NCBI GenBank assembly: GCA_964276145.1
Contig: CAXYDN010000007.1
Location: 271,686 to 335,685, forward strand
Direction: 5' to 3'
Length of the DNA: 64,000 bases
Source: an uncultured SAR86 cluster bacterium
GTDB taxonomy: Bacteria; Pseudomonadota; Gammaproteobacteria; Magnimaribacterales; D2472
Shown: in pieces, positions 1 through 14,013 of the stretch
Layout: every line of letters starts with the position of its first letter
How positions within the stretch are numbered: position 1 is the first letter of the stretch
Notes under the pieces: model-generated
Databases searched by the model: none
The model's input: the letters and a program-made list of their open reading frames with translations, nothing else
What the model was told of the DNA's origin: nothing
Made by a program: the position numbers and the translations under genes

Positions 1-1
1 C

Positions 2-571
2 TTAGCTGTTTTGGGAGAATCAATTGTTGCAAGTCACTATATTGCTATTAATATAGCTAGCTTATTCTTTATGATTCCATTATCTATAGGATTAGCAGCT
101 GCTACGAGGACTGGAAACTTAATTGGAGAAGAAAATCCTAGACAAGCAAAAACTGCATCCTATTCAACAATATATATGTGCATAATTGCTGCATTATTAA
201 ATATAGTAATTATTCTAAGCTTTAAAGAATTTATAGTTGGTATTTATACAACAGATGAAGTCGTATTTAACTTAACAGTTGGTTTATTAATATTTGCAGC
301 CATCTTCCAACTACCTGATGGAATACAAATGGGAGCTTTAGGAAGTTTGAGGGGTTATAAAGATACCTTTGTTCCAATGGTGCTATTATTTATTTCTTAT
401 TGGATCTTTGCATTGCCTGCTGGTTATTACCTAACCAATATTGGTTTTGGAAGCCCTTTTGGGGCTTCTGGTATGTGGATAGGAATGATTGTTGGTTTGA
501 GTATTTTCTCGTTCCTTTCTATATTGAGACTAAGATGGGTTATACGGAAAAATTTAAGATCTAGTATTTAG
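2..571 (+). CDS. MATE-family efflux transporter, C-terminal part; the 5' end lies outside the window
   Basis: The frame is open from base 2, so the TTG at 11 is probably not the real start. The product is a hydrophobic multi-TM protein with a NorM/MATE-like C-terminal half ([19 protein letters not shown]). Confidence 0.7.
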   Translation, partial: LAVLGESIVASHYIAINIASLFFMIPLSIGLAAATRTGNLIGEENPRQAKTASYSTIYMCIIAALLNIVIILSFKEFIVGIYTTDEVVFNLTVGLLIFAAIFQLPDGIQMGALGSLRGYKDTFVPMVLLFISYWIFALPAGYYLTNIGFGSPFGASGMWIGMIVGLSIFSFLSILRLRWVIRKNLRSSI

Positions 572-1430
572 AGAACTTCTTTTACTTTAGTCCCAATTTC
601 TACTAAATTATCAGCAATATGAACACCACACTCTTTTAATTTAGAAATCTTATCTGCAGCAGTTCCTTTACCACCAGCAATAATAGCACCAGCATGACCC
701 ATTCGCTTTCCTGCAGGAGCAGTCTGACCTGCAATATATGAGATAACTGGTTTAGTTACATTATTTTTAATAAATTCTGCAGCCTCTTCTTCAGCAGTTC
801 CACCAATTTCACCAACCATAACAATGGCTTTTGTTTGTTCATCTTTTTCAAACAGCCTTAAGATATCAATAAAAGATGAGCCTGGTATTGGATCTCCCCC
901 TATTCCAACACAACTGCTTTGTCCAAAACCTAAATCAGTTGTTTGTTTTACAGCCTCGTAAGTAAGAGTACCCGATCTAGAGATAATACCTATCGATCCA
1001 GGCTTATGAATACTTGCTGGCATAATACCAAGCTTTGCTTCGCCTGGAGTTATCAGACCAGGACAATTTGGCCCTATTAATGTCAAACCTAGTTCATCTA
1101 CCCTTTTCTTAACATCTAACATATCTAATGTTGGCACTCCCTCAGTTATACAAACAATAAGTTCAATGCCTGATTCAGCAGCTTCAAGAATAGAATCTTT
1201 ACAAAATGGAGCAGGAACAAAAATTAATGATGCATTGGGTTGAACTGTATTTACAGCTTCCTCCATGGTATCAAATACAGGCCTACCCAAATGGGTCTGA
1301 CCTCCCTTGCCAGGCGTTATACCTCCAACAATATTAGTTCCATACTCAATAGCTTGTTCTGAATGAAGAGTGGCTTGCGAGCCAGTAAACCCTTGGACAA
1401 TTACTCTTGTGTCTTTATTAACTAAAATAC

Positions 1431-1434
<4 letters not shown>
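568..1434 (-). CDS. sucD: Succinyl-CoA ligase alpha subunit
   Basis: 288 aa. It has the SRSGTLTYE motif and the phosphohistidine loop MGHAGAII. It overlaps sucC by 4 nt and sits last in the sucAB-lpd-sucCD order. Confidence 0.96.
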
Positions 1435-4021
<2,587 letters not shown>

Positions 4022-4026
4022 CTAAT

Positions 4027-5238
4027 TTATAAATTTAATAACAATCTTTCAGGCGACTCTAATTGTTCCTTAATCGAAACTAAAAACCTTACTGCCTCTT
4101 TACCATCTAATAATCTATGATCATAACTCATGGCTAAATACATCATTGGCCTAATTACAACCTCACCATTAATAGCTACAGGTCTATCTTGAATAGAATG
4201 CATTCCTAAAATAGCTGTTTGGGGTGCATTAAGAATTGGAGTAGATAATAAAGAACCAAATACACCGCCATTGGAAATAGTGAAAGTTCCGCCTTGCATT
4301 TCTTCAATTGTTAACTTGCTGTCTCTAGCTTTTTCAGAGTATTCAAGAATAGACTTTTCGAGTTCGGGTAAAGACTTTGTATCAGCATCTTTAATAATTG
4401 GAACTACTAAACCTCTTTCAGTTGATACTGCAACGCCAATATCTTGATAACCATGATATATAACATCTGAACCATCTATTGAAGCGTTAACAATTGGAAA
4501 TTTCTTTAAGGCTTGGACGGCAGCAATTATAAAGAAACCCATAAAACCAAGCTTAATGCCGTGCTGCTTTTCAAATTCTTGTCCATATTTTGCTCTAAGT
4601 TCTTTTATTGGAAGCATATCAACTTCATTAAAAGTTGTTAGCATTGCGGTTTCTTGCTGAACTGATACAAGTCTTTTTGCAATAGTATTTCTTAATCTAC
4701 TCATTGGAACTCTTTTTTCAGGTCTGCTTGATGAGCTTATTGAAGAGGCATTATCACTTGATTCCATTGCTGGCGATTTAGATTCTAGATGATTAATAAC
4801 GTCAGCTTTAGTAATTCTTTGATTTTTTCCAGAGGCTTGAATTAAAGATGAATCTAAATTATTTTCAACAATAAGTTTTTTTGCTGCTGGTCCAGATTTT
4901 TTGTGATTTACATCGTCTTTAATTTTTGGGTCATCTTCTTCAGCGCTTGAACTCTGCAAGTTAACTTCTTTTGAAATTTTTTCTTCTTTTATTTTTACAG
5001 CTGTTTCGTCAAATTCTCCAATAATTTCTGCACTATTAACAATATCTCCTTCATGCTTAATGATTTTTGTTAATACTCCATTTGATGGGGCAACAACCTC
5101 CAAAACAACTTTATCTGTTTCAATTTCTGCAATAATTTCGTCTTGATCTACAGATTCTCCTTCTTTTTTTACCCAATTTGCCACAGTCCCATCTGCAACT
5201 GATTCTGGAAATGTGGGTGATTTAATTTCAATCGTCAT
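4027..5238 (-). CDS. sucB: 2-oxoglutarate dehydrogenase E2, dihydrolipoyllysine succinyltransferase
   Basis: 403 aa. It has one lipoyl domain (IETDKV), an Ala/Ser/Pro-type linker and a catalytic C-terminus with DHRLLDG. Confidence 0.95.
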   Translation of the reverse strand: MTIEIKSPTFPESVADGTVANWVKKEGESVDQDEIIAEIETDKVVLEVVAPSNGVLTKIIKHEGDIVNSAEIIGEFDETAVKIKEEKISKEVNLQSSSAEEDDPKIKDDVNHKKSGPAAKKLIVENNLDSSLIQASGKNQRITKADVINHLESKSPAMESSDNASSISSSSRPEKRVPMSRLRNTIAKRLVSVQQETAMLTTFNEVDMLPIKELRAKYGQEFEKQHGIKLGFMGFFIIAAVQALKKFPIVNASIDGSDVIYHGYQDIGVAVSTERGLVVPIIKDADTKSLPELEKSILEYSEKARDSKLTIEEMQGGTFTISNGGVFGSLLSTPILNAPQTAILGMHSIQDRPVAINGEVVIRPMMYLAMSYDHRLLDGKEAVRFLVSIKEQLESPERLLLNL

Positions 5239-5246
5239 AATATTCC

Positions 5247-8052
5247 CTATTGTAAAGCTTCTGTAACAAGATTACTTTGTTGCTCGAGATGTAATTTCAT
5301 CATTCCAACAGCTGGAGCTGCAGCAGGAGGTCTGCTAACTAAAGTAATTTCTTTATCTTTTCCAAGTCTATCTAATACTCTCTGGAGTCTATGTCTATGG
5401 CTAAACCAAGCACCTTGATTTTGAGGTTCTTCTTGACACCAAACAATGTCTTTAACATTCTCATATTCCATGAGAATTTCTTCAAGATCATCATATGGAA
5501 ATGGATAAAGCTGTTCTATTCTTACTATTGCAATGTTATCTTTTTGTTCACTATTTTGTCTGTCTTTGAGATCGTAAAAAACTTTACCTGAACATAAAAC
5601 AACTTTCGTTATTGAAGGTTTATTTTTAACTTCATCATCAATTACACATTTGAATGAGCCTTTTGTAAGATCTTTGAGTGAAGATGTTGCCTTAGGATTT
5701 CTTAATAAACTTTTTGGAGAAATAACCACTAATGGTGTTCTCATTTTTCTAATCGCTTGACGTCTTAATAAATGAAAAATCTGTGAAGGAGAGCTAGGAA
5801 TACAAACTTGTATATTTTCTGATGCACATAACTGAAGAAACCTCTCAATTCTAGCGCTGCTATGCTCAGGCCCCTGGCCTTCATATCCATGAGGTAAAAG
5901 CATAACAAGGCCTGATAGCCTTTCCCATTTATGTTGAGCTGAAACAATAAATTGATCAATAACAACTTGAGCTCCATTAACAAAATCACCAAATTGAGCT
6001 TCCCAGATAGTTAAACCTGTTGGCCATGTAGCTGAATACCCGTATTCAAACGCTAAAACAGCTTCTTCTGAAAGCAATGAATCATATATATCAAACCTAG
6101 TATTATTCTCTCTAGCTATTTTAGATAAAGGGATGAACCCTTCTCCTGAATCTTTATCAAAAACACATGCATGTCTGTGAGAAAATGTACCTCTTCTTAC
6201 ATCTTGGCCTGTAATTCTAATCGGATAACCCTCTTCTAATAATGAGGCATACGCCATGCTTTCAGCATAACCCCAGTTTATATCTAGACTTCCATCGGTC
6301 ATCTTTTTTCTATCATTAAAGATTTTTAACGCTTGATTTCCTAGTTGAAATGAATCAGGTACTTCACAAACTTTCCTGCCTAAAGATGTAAATTTTTTAG
6401 CATTATATGAGGTATCAACTTTTGGCCACCATAGAACATCCATATAGTCAGTCCAGTCAAACCAGAGAGAGTTATTTGAATGATCTGAAAGGCTCTTTGC
6501 TACTGTTTTACCAGCCTCTAAAGATTCTCTGTAATTATTTTTAATATTTAATGCAGATTCTTTAGTTATAAACCCTTCACTCATTAATTTTTCTTGGTAC
6601 TGATTTAAAACTGAAGGATGTTTTGCAATTTTCTTGTACATTGAAGGTTGAGTTGCAGATGGATCATCTGCCTCATTATGCCCCCTTCTTCTATAACAAA
6701 ATAAATCAATCACAACATCTTTGTGAAACTTTTCTCTGTATTTACAAGCAATTTTTACAGCCTTGATAACCATTTCTGGATCATCGCCATTTACATGTAT
6801 TACTGGAGCCTGGATCATTTTTGCAACATCAGTTGAATAATCTGTTGATCTTGCATCATTCTTGTTGCTCGTAGTAAAACCAATTTGATTATTTACAATG
6901 ATATGGATTGCGCCTCCAACATTAAAACCTCTAGTTTGTGACATTTGCAAGGATTCCATCACAACCCCTTGGCCAGAAAAAGAAGCATCTCCATGAAGTA
7001 GGACTGGTACTACTTTTTTTCTATCATTATCATCTAGCCTATCCTGCCTTGCTCTAACTGAACCAAGAACAACAGGATCTACTATTTCTAAATGAGATGG
7101 ATTATTGTTAAGAGATACATGAACCTCACCGCCAGGGGTATTGATATTTGATGAGAATCCTAAATGATATTTAACATCTCCAGTATTTGCACCCTCTAGC
7201 TCTCCACTTTCATCAAATGCAGAGAATAAGTCAGCTGGAAATTTGCCTAGAACATTTACTAATAAATTTAATCTTCCCCTATGGGCCATTCCGAAACATA
7301 TCTGATTGGCACCAAGACTTCCACAATTTTGTATAACAGCATCAACTAAAGGCACTAATGATTCACTCCCATCTATACCAAATCGTTTCATACCAGGATA
7401 TTTAGCAGCTAAATATTTTGCTAAACCCTCTGCAGAATTTAGTCTTTCATATATATGCAATTTTTCATCTTTTGAAAAAGAATAAGATTCAATTTTTGAT
7501 TCAAATTTCTTTTGGAACCACCTTCTTTCATTTGAATTCATAATATAGTTGTATTCGATACCTATATTTCCACAATAAATTCTTCTTAAATCGTCTAAAA
7601 TATTTTTTAAAGATGATTTTTTTGAGCCTGAATTAAAAGTATCTGTATAAAACTCAGTATCTAAATCATCTTCTGATAGTCCATGAAACTCAATTTTAAG
7701 ATCTTCGATTGGATTTCTATCCATCATGTCCAGCGGATCTAAAGTTGCCTCTTGATGACCTCTATTTCTATATGATTGAATAAGTCTTATTACCTTACCT
7801 TGTCTTTCATCAATCTCCTCTTTTGCAGAAACAGCTCCTCTTGAAAGATTTTTAAATTCATTAATTACGCTTTGATGCGATATTTCTCCATTTCTATCTT
7901 GTTCACTAGGAAGATTTGAAAAAGAAATCAGACCATTCTTTTGAAAGATTTTCTGGAGTTGTTAGGTATATTTCATATAGGGTTTCTAGGTAGGCCGCAT
8001 GTCCTGCTGACAAGTGTGAACTCCCCCATAGTTCTTGCATTGATTGACTCAT
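5247..8052 (-). pseudogene. sucA: 2-oxoglutarate dehydrogenase E1, reading frame broken by one extra base near codon 45
   Basis: The 826-aa ORF 5247-7727 is SucA-like but lacks about 110 N-terminal residues. Its frame stays open upstream to 7961. A second frame starting at ATG 8052 encodes MSQSMQELWGSSHLSAGHAAYLETLYEIYLTTPENLSKEWSDFF, the canonical SucA N-terminus, and stops at TAG 7906-7908. Deleting one T from the T5 run in GATTTCTTTTTCAAATC joins the frames to give ...EWSDFFSNLPSEQ... and a protein of about 934 aa. Confidence 0.85.
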
Positions 8053-8058
8053 CGCTAT

Positions 8059-8805
8059 TTAATTCATAACTCCATCAGATGTAATAATTTCTTTTTTATC
8101 TTTTAAAAGCATTGTTTTTATCTTGCCTATAGCTTTATTTGGATTTAAACCTTTTGGACATGCACTTACGCAGTTCATAATTCCATGACATCTATAAACA
8201 CTGAATGGATCTGATAATTCATCAAGCCTTTCATTTGTTTTTAAATCTCTTGTATCAGCAAGAAATCTATATGCTTGAAGTAAAGCAGCTGGACCTAAAA
8301 ACTTATCAGGATTCCACCAAAAAGATGGACAACTTGTTGAACAGCATGCACATAATATACATTCATATAAACCATCCAATTTATCTCTATCTTCAGGTGA
8401 TTGGAGTCTTTCTTGCTCAGGAGCAGTTGTACTATTTTGTAAAAAAGGTTTAATTTTTTCGTACTGAGCATAGAATTCAGTCATATCAACTACCAAATCT
8501 CTTATTACTGGAAGTCCAGGCAGTGGCCTGAGTTCTATTTTATTATTTTTTAACACTGATGAAATTGGCGTGATGCAAGCAAGACCATTTTTTCCATTAA
8601 TATTCATACCATCTGATCCGCAAACACCTTCTCTACATGATCTTCTGTATGAAATTGATTCATCTTGCTCCTTTAATAGGTGGAGTAAGTCTAGAACCAT
8701 AATATCTTTTGTGGGTTTTTTTATAATATAATTTTTAATGTAAGGAAATTTATCCTGCTCAGGATTGTATCTATACATATTAATTTCGAGTTTATCTTTT
8801 GGCAT
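8059..8805 (-). CDS. sdhB: Succinate dehydrogenase iron-sulfur subunit
   Basis: 248 aa with three Cys clusters: CREGVCGSDGM, CILCACCSTSCP and CHGIMNCVSACPK. Confidence 0.96.
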   Translation of the reverse strand: MPKDKLEINMYRYNPEQDKFPYIKNYIIKKPTKDIMVLDLLHLLKEQDESISYRRSCREGVCGSDGMNINGKNGLACITPISSVLKNNKIELRPLPGLPVIRDLVVDMTEFYAQYEKIKPFLQNSTTAPEQERLQSPEDRDKLDGLYECILCACCSTSCPSFWWNPDKFLGPAALLQAYRFLADTRDLKTNERLDELSDPFSVYRCHGIMNCVSACPKGLNPNKAIGKIKTMLLKDKKEIITSDGVMN

Positions 8806-10590
8806 TTAATAGGTCCTTACAATAGGTGGAAATGCTTCAACTTCAGAGGGACTAAAGTTTACGTCTCTTTTTGAGATTGATTTAGATTCAGGATCATAAA
8901 GTGAATGACATAACCATTTTTCATCATCTCTGTCAGGGTAATCATCTCTTGCATGAGCTCCTCTACTTTCATCTCTACTGTATGCAGCAACAGCAGTTGC
9001 TTCAGCCACTTCAAATAGATTTTGAAGCTCAATAGCCTCTACTCTACTTGTATTAAAAGCATTACTTTTGTCTTTTAGGTGAAGGTTATTTACTTTTTCT
9101 CTAATATCTTTGAGCTCGTTTAAGCCTTTTTTCATAAATTCTCCACGCCTGAATACACCAAAATAATTTTGCATACATTCTTGCAACTGCTTCTTAACCT
9201 CTGCTGTGTCATATCCACTATTAGATTCATTTAATCTATTTAATCTTTCTAGTGCTGAATCAATATCATCTACATTTGCGGACTTTACTCCTCCACCAGA
9301 TTTAATTTCTTCTTGGATAAACATTCCAGTAGCTCTTCCAAATACAACCAAATCAAGCAAAGAATTCCCACCCAATCTGTTTGCTCCATGAACCGATACA
9401 CATGCGGCTTCTCCAGCAGCAAATAAACCTGGCACTATCGAATCTATTTCATTTATTCTATTGAATGCCTGTCCATTGATATTTGTAGGAGTTCCTCCCA
9501 TCATATAGTGGCAGGTTGGAACTACGGGTATAGGCTCAAATATTGGATCTACATGAGCAAAAGTTCTAGATAGTTCACATATGCCTGGAAGCTTTGCATT
9601 TAATACATCAGCACCTAAATGGTCTAATTTTAAATAAATATGATCTTTGTTTTCTCCGCACCCTCGTCCTTCAAGTATTTCCAAAACCATAGATCTTGCA
9701 ACTACATCTCTGCCAGCCAAATCTTTTACATTAGGTGCATACCTTTCCATAAATCTTTCGCCATCTTTATTGACTAAGTAACCTCCTTCCCCTCTACATC
9801 CTTCTGTAACTAAAGATCCAGCACCATAGATTCCTGTTGGATGAAATTGCCACATTTCCATGTCTTGAGCAGGAAACCCAGCTCTTAGTGCCATGGCTAA
9901 ACCATCACCAGTATTAATTAATGCATTAGTAGTTGAGGCATAGATTCTTCCAGCACCTCCGGTAGCCATTACTGTAGATTGAGCCTTTAGATAAGCAACT
10001 TCACCATATTCAATAGAAAAAGCAATTACTCCTGTAACTTCATTTTTATCATTTTTAACAATATCAACAGCAAACCATTCATTAAGAAAATCTGTGCCTT
10101 CTTTTACATTATTTTGATAAAGCGTGTGAAGCAATGCATGACCTGTTCTATCTGCAGCTGCACATGTTCTCGCAGCTTGACCACCTTTTCCAAAATCTTT
10201 TGACTGACCTCCAAATGGCCTTTGATATATTCTTCCATTATCAAATCTAGAAAATGGTAATCCCATATGTTCAAGTTCAAAAACTGCCTTAGGGCCCTCT
10301 GAACAAAGATACTCAATTGCGTCTTGATCACCAATAAAATCTGCACCTTTGACTGTATCATACATATGCCATCTCCAATCGTCATTTGGATCTGCGCTTT
10401 GAATAGCACATGTTATGCCTCCTTGGGCTGAGACTGTATGAGATCTTGTTGGAAATACTTTAGAGACTACTGCTGTTTTTAAGCCAGATTTGGCAAGCTC
10501 TAAAGATGCCCTCATACCTGAGCCACCCCCACCGATAATTAAAGCATCAAATTCTAAAGTTTTAATATTTGTAGAATTATAGTTTGTCAT
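8806..10590 (-). CDS. sdhA: Succinate dehydrogenase flavoprotein subunit
   Basis: 594 aa. It has the FAD dinucleotide motif GGGGSGMRA, the covalent-FAD His context SHTVSAQGG, and HPTG plus a C-terminal RGAHAR motif. Confidence 0.97.
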   Translation of the reverse strand: MTNYNSTNIKTLEFDALIIGGGGSGMRASLELAKSGLKTAVVSKVFPTRSHTVSAQGGITCAIQSADPNDDWRWHMYDTVKGADFIGDQDAIEYLCSEGPKAVFELEHMGLPFSRFDNGRIYQRPFGGQSKDFGKGGQAARTCAAADRTGHALLHTLYQNNVKEGTDFLNEWFAVDIVKNDKNEVTGVIAFSIEYGEVAYLKAQSTVMATGGAGRIYASTTNALINTGDGLAMALRAGFPAQDMEMWQFHPTGIYGAGSLVTEGCRGEGGYLVNKDGERFMERYAPNVKDLAGRDVVARSMVLEILEGRGCGENKDHIYLKLDHLGADVLNAKLPGICELSRTFAHVDPIFEPIPVVPTCHYMMGGTPTNINGQAFNRINEIDSIVPGLFAAGEAACVSVHGANRLGGNSLLDLVVFGRATGMFIQEEIKSGGGVKSANVDDIDSALERLNRLNESNSGYDTAEVKKQLQECMQNYFGVFRRGEFMKKGLNELKDIREKVNNLHLKDKSNAFNTSRVEAIELQNLFEVAEATAVAAYSRDESRGAHARDDYPDRDDEKWLCHSLYDPESKSISKRDVNFSPSEVEAFPPIVRTY

Positions 10591-10592
10591 AT

Positions 10593-10955
10593 TTAAAACC
10601 AGATAATTGAAAAATAAAGAAAAATGATAACCAAACCCAAGATAAAAAATGAAGTTTCATATATTTTTCTAATGATGTCAGCACTGTTACTTAGTCTAAT
10701 AGAGATAAAACCTAAAGTTCTTTTTGTTAAATAATCAGTTCCAACTGTCCAAAGTCCAATAAAAGCATGAATGCAAACTAATAGTATAAAAATTGATAAT
10801 AGGGCCTTAAACGAAAAAGAAGTAGTTATAAAATTAAATGATAGGCTGGAAGTCCAAAATAGATACTCAACATAACCTAAAAAAAATAAAAAGTAAAAAG
10901 CGCTATAACGCTGCAGAAACCATGATAATTTTCCAATATTCATAGCATTATCCAA
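10593..10955 (-). CDS. sdhD: Succinate dehydrogenase membrane anchor subunit
   Basis: 120-aa protein with three TM segments, located between sdhC and sdhA. The call rests mainly on position and topology. Confidence 0.8.
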   Translation of the reverse strand: MDNAMNIGKLSWFLQRYSAFYFLFFLGYVEYLFWTSSLSFNFITTSFSFKALLSIFILLVCIHAFIGLWTVGTDYLTKRTLGFISIRLSNSADIIRKIYETSFFILGLVIIFLYFSIIWF

Positions 10956-11323
10956 ATAGTTGCAATTGCATTTAATAAAAATAAAAATAAAGTTATAACT
11001 GCTGAACGGAATGACGAAGTAAGAGTTTCATTCAAAAAATGAAAATCTATCAACATATGCCTTGTACCTGTAAAAATATGATATTGAAATATTAAGACCA
11101 GGACTACGAAAGCCAATTTAAGAGTTAAACTATTTGAATAAAATTTAATGAAACTATCATATGAATCCTGGCTTTCAAATATTAAAGATAAGGCAATTGC
11201 AGAAATTGGAAGTACTAAAAAAAATATGAGTATTCCACTAATTCTATGAGTAATTGAAAGCAATGCAGACAAAGGCAGCTGTATTTTAAAGAGATTAATA
11301 TTTATTGGTCTTTTATGTGTCAT
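10940..11323 (-). CDS. sdhC: Succinate dehydrogenase cytochrome b556 subunit
   Basis: 127-aa protein with three TM segments and a heme-ligand His context (SITHRISGI). It is the first gene of the sdh block. Confidence 0.85.
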   Translation of the reverse strand: MTHKRPININLFKIQLPLSALLSITHRISGILIFFLVLPISAIALSLIFESQDSYDSFIKFYSNSLTLKLAFVVLVLIFQYHIFTGTRHMLIDFHFLNETLTSSFRSAVITLFLFLLNAIATIWIML

Positions 11324-11427
11324 TCAGAAAGTGACAAATGTCATTTTTTATGTGCTTTTATGCCATAATTATAACTGATTATAAGGAATTTAAATAATTG
11401 AATTGTTAAAAAAAATAAGAAATATAC

Positions 11428-12810
11428 TTATTTTTTTCTCCTCACATGCTTTATCAATCTTTGTCTCTTTTTAACTTGTCTTTCAGTTAACTTATTCACT
11501 TTATTTTCAAATGGATTTTCTGACTTCCTAAAAATTAGTTTAAGCTGAATACTTTGGAGCTTTAAAGATGCCCTAAATGAATTCTCTAAATATTTCCTAT
11601 AGTTTTGTGGTATTTTTTTATCTTGATTTGAATGAATAATTAAAGTTGTAGGATTAATGCCCCCAAAGTGAATATGTTTTAATTTCAATTGCCTTCCTCC
11701 GACAGATGGAGGAGCACTTTGTGATGTAAACTTATTTAATAATTTATTTAAAGATGCCGTAGTATATTTTTTTTGAGCTCTATCAATTACATTATTAGTT
11801 ACCCTAAACAGTCTTTTAAGGCCAGTACCCTTAATACCTGAAATTTCTACTTTAATAAAATCAGCGACAAAGTTCGACTGAGCTCTTTTAGATTCGTACA
11901 ACTCCTCTTTTTCTTTTTTAGAGAGTAAATCCATTTTATTTAAAGCTACGACAGTGGGCTTACCCATTTCACATATCATATTTATTATTTTAAGATCTTG
12001 ATCAACCAGGCCCTCTGCTGCATCACAGATAAAAATTACAACATCACACTCTTCAACTGAATGCATTGCGCGAACGTAAGAAAAATATTCTATTTTATGA
12101 GCACTTCGGTATCCTTTTCTAATTCCAGCAGTATCTATAAATATAAAATTATCTTCATTTACAGAGAATGGAATACTTATTGCATCAATTGTTGTTCCGG
12201 CTATTTCTGAAACAATGAGTCTATCTTCATTTATAAATTTGTTGATAAAGGTAGATTTTCCAGCATTGGGTCTTCCCAATACTGCTATTTTTTTACCTGC
12301 AGGAATTTTAATTTTTTCTTCTGGTAAAGATTGTTTAATATAAGATCTAAGATCTAATATATTTTTAGAGTGTTCAGCACTTATCTCAAAAATATCAGTA
12401 ATACCTTTTTTAATTAAATCTTCTTTTATCAAAGATTCAGATTTTTTATCTATTTTATTTAGTGCTGTAATAAATTTTTTATCTAACTTTCTTAATCTAG
12501 TTAGTATGTCTAAGTCTTCTTTGGTTAAATTTTGAGAGCCATCTAACAGAAAAAGTATTAAACTTGATTCTTCTGCAGCTATCCAAGCCTGCTCAGCGAT
12601 ATCTTCTTTTAAAATAGAATTATCTTGTGCAATGCCACCAGTATCAATTACTAAACTTTTTTGATCTCCAAAAGAAATGTATCCATAATTTCTATCTTTT
12701 GTTAAACCAGAAAAATCAGAAACTATGGCTTGTCTTGATTTAGTTAACTTATTAAATAAGGTTGACTTTCCGACGTTTGGTCTTCCTATGATTGCAATTG
12801 AGGTAAACAT
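11428..12810 (-). CDS. der: Ribosome-associated GTPase Der/EngA (tandem GTPase domains)
   Basis: 460 aa with two P-loops (GRPNVGKST and GRPNAGKST), two DTAG motifs, and a KH-like basic C-terminus. Confidence 0.95.
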   Translation of the reverse strand: MFTSIAIIGRPNVGKSTLFNKLTKSRQAIVSDFSGLTKDRNYGYISFGDQKSLVIDTGGIAQDNSILKEDIAEQAWIAAEESSLILFLLDGSQNLTKEDLDILTRLRKLDKKFITALNKIDKKSESLIKEDLIKKGITDIFEISAEHSKNILDLRSYIKQSLPEEKIKIPAGKKIAVLGRPNAGKSTFINKFINEDRLIVSEIAGTTIDAISIPFSVNEDNFIFIDTAGIRKGYRSAHKIEYFSYVRAMHSVEECDVVIFICDAAEGLVDQDLKIINMICEMGKPTVVALNKMDLLSKKEKEELYESKRAQSNFVADFIKVEISGIKGTGLKRLFRVTNNVIDRAQKKYTTASLNKLLNKFTSQSAPPSVGGRQLKLKHIHFGGINPTTLIIHSNQDKKIPQNYRKYLENSFRASLKLQSIQLKLIFRKSENPFENKVNKLTERQVKKRQRLIKHVRRKK

Positions 12811-12824
12811 TATTAATTAGCATC

Positions 12825-14006
12825 TTATATGCTTAATGAAAATAAATTAAATGCCTCATCAAGAACATAGAAGTTCTTACTCCTGCTTATAATTTTTTTT
12901 ATTGGTTTCCTTGATATCTTCTTTCTTCCAATTGTTTTACCATTAAGAGGGTCAATAATATGAATATAACCTTCAAAATCTCCAAAAACTAGATATCCGT
13001 TAAAACTGACTGGATTTGACAAACTTCTATTAAAATACTCATTAGATTTCCAAGATTCTTCTAAGTTTTTACTAACAAAGGTTTTTAGATTTGATTTAGA
13101 CTCTACAAGAATTATTAAGCCTCTCATTAATAAAGGTGAATAAAAAGAAGATGCTTCGGACTGCCAAATAGATCTTTTTTGAGCAATATCAAATATATTA
13201 ATGTTACCTTGATAATTAGTAGTAAAAATTAAACCATTATCAACAACTGGGCTTGAATCAGAATCAATAAGGTTTTCAAGCTCAGATGAGCCAGTTACAT
13301 AAGAAATAGCTCCATCCCAGACAGGATATCCTGAGTCTAATTCAAACACACCAAGTCTACCATTATCAAAAGTTGCATAAACCATATTGTTATCTATAAC
13401 GGGACTGCTACTACCTCTAATAGTTAAAGCTGGTAGCTTTGATCTATATGACCAGACAATTTCACCAGATGTTTTATCAAGCCCAAGTAATTCACCTGAG
13501 CCTGTTTTTACAACTACAAATTTAGTATCTATTGTAGCCGGCGCCAATACTTCGCCCTTTACATTAGATGTCCACAAAGTAGATCCATTATTTTGGTCTA
13601 AACTTATAACGTTTCCATCGACATCTGCAATAATCAATATTCCAAAACCGGCAGATATTCCAGCTGATAGAAAATTTGTTTCTTTAGTCCATTTAGTTTG
13701 TCCAGTTAAGGAATTAATTGATTTAATGTTTCCAGAAGAGTCAGCAAAATATATATCATCTCCCGCAAATGATGGAATAAAATTTCCTAATGAGTTATTG
13801 CCTGAAAATGAAATATCCCAATTGACGTTAATATTTTTATTGTTAGCAACTTTTTCTAATTTTCTAGGTTCATCTAGCTCGAAATCATTTTCTTCACTTC
13901 CCCAAAATTTTAAAGAGCTTAATGAAGAACATGATGATAGTAGTGACCCTAAAAATATAATCAAAAAATAATTTAGAGCTTTAGATTTCTTAAATTGCTG
14001 ATACAT
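12825..14006 (-). CDS. bamB: Outer-membrane protein assembly factor BamB (PQQ-like beta-propeller lipoprotein)
   Basis: 393 aa with lipobox LLSSC and repeated beta-propeller W-containing blades. It keeps the conserved der-bamB-yfgM-hisS synteny. Confidence 0.88.
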   Translation of the reverse strand: MYQQFKKSKALNYFLIIFLGSLLSSCSSLSSLKFWGSEENDFELDEPRKLEKVANNKNINVNWDISFSGNNSLGNFIPSFAGDDIYFADSSGNIKSINSLTGQTKWTKETNFLSAGISAGFGILIIADVDGNVISLDQNNGSTLWTSNVKGEVLAPATIDTKFVVVKTGSGELLGLDKTSGEIVWSYRSKLPALTIRGSSSPVIDNNMVYATFDNGRLGVFELDSGYPVWDGAISYVTGSSELENLIDSDSSPVVDNGLIFTTNYQGNINIFDIAQKRSIWQSEASSFYSPLLMRGLIILVESKSNLKTFVSKNLEESWKSNEYFNRSLSNPVSFNGYLVFGDFEGYIHIIDPLNGKTIGRKKISRKPIKKIISRSKNFYVLDEAFNLFSLSI

Positions 14007-14013
14007 TTTTAGT

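Noticed and set aside
7906-7961. Programmed +1 ribosomal frameshifting as the explanation for the sucA break, and for the murC break at 56146-56158.
   Set aside because: Neither site resembles known +1 recoding signals. There is no prfB-like CUU-UGA-C with an upstream SD, and the P-site tRNA could not re-pair in the +1 frame (UCC-UAG and CUA-UGA). No precedent is known for these genes. A single-base insertion, real or a sequencing artefact, is the simpler explanation.
10104-10409. Same-strand alternative-frame ORFs inside sdhA (101 aa), sucA (5765-5992, 75 aa) and alr (49138-49332, 64 aa).
   Set aside because: They lie entirely within well-supported conserved CDSs in another frame. They have no motifs, no independent start context, and a composition typical of out-of-frame translation.
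11332-11343. Inverted repeat TGACA-AA-TGTCA lying 8 nt upstream of the sdhC start, considered as a possible operator (CRP/FNR/ArcA-like) or translational hairpin.
   Set aside because: It has only 5-bp arms and a 2-nt spacer, so it cannot form a stable hairpin. It does not match the CRP (TGTGA-N6-TCACA), FNR (TTGAT-N4-ATCAA) or Fur consensus. It could easily arise by chance in AT-rich DNA.
13387-13971. Long plus-strand ORFs antisense to real genes: 194 aa opposite bamB, 187 aa at 3231-3794 opposite lpdA, 173 aa at 47334-47855 opposite pyrG, 127 aa at 1456-1839 opposite sucC, and many of 60-118 aa.
   Set aside because: I checked the register of the three longest. In each, antisense codon position 1 pairs with sense codon position 2, so the third positions of the two frames face each other. 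In that register an antisense stop can arise only opposite Tyr/His/Gln codons with a particular preceding wobble base, so long open frames are an expected artefact. Their products are low-complexity (Ser/Leu/Ile/Phe/Pro-rich) with no recognisable motifs, and the opposite strand encodes strongly conserved proteins.
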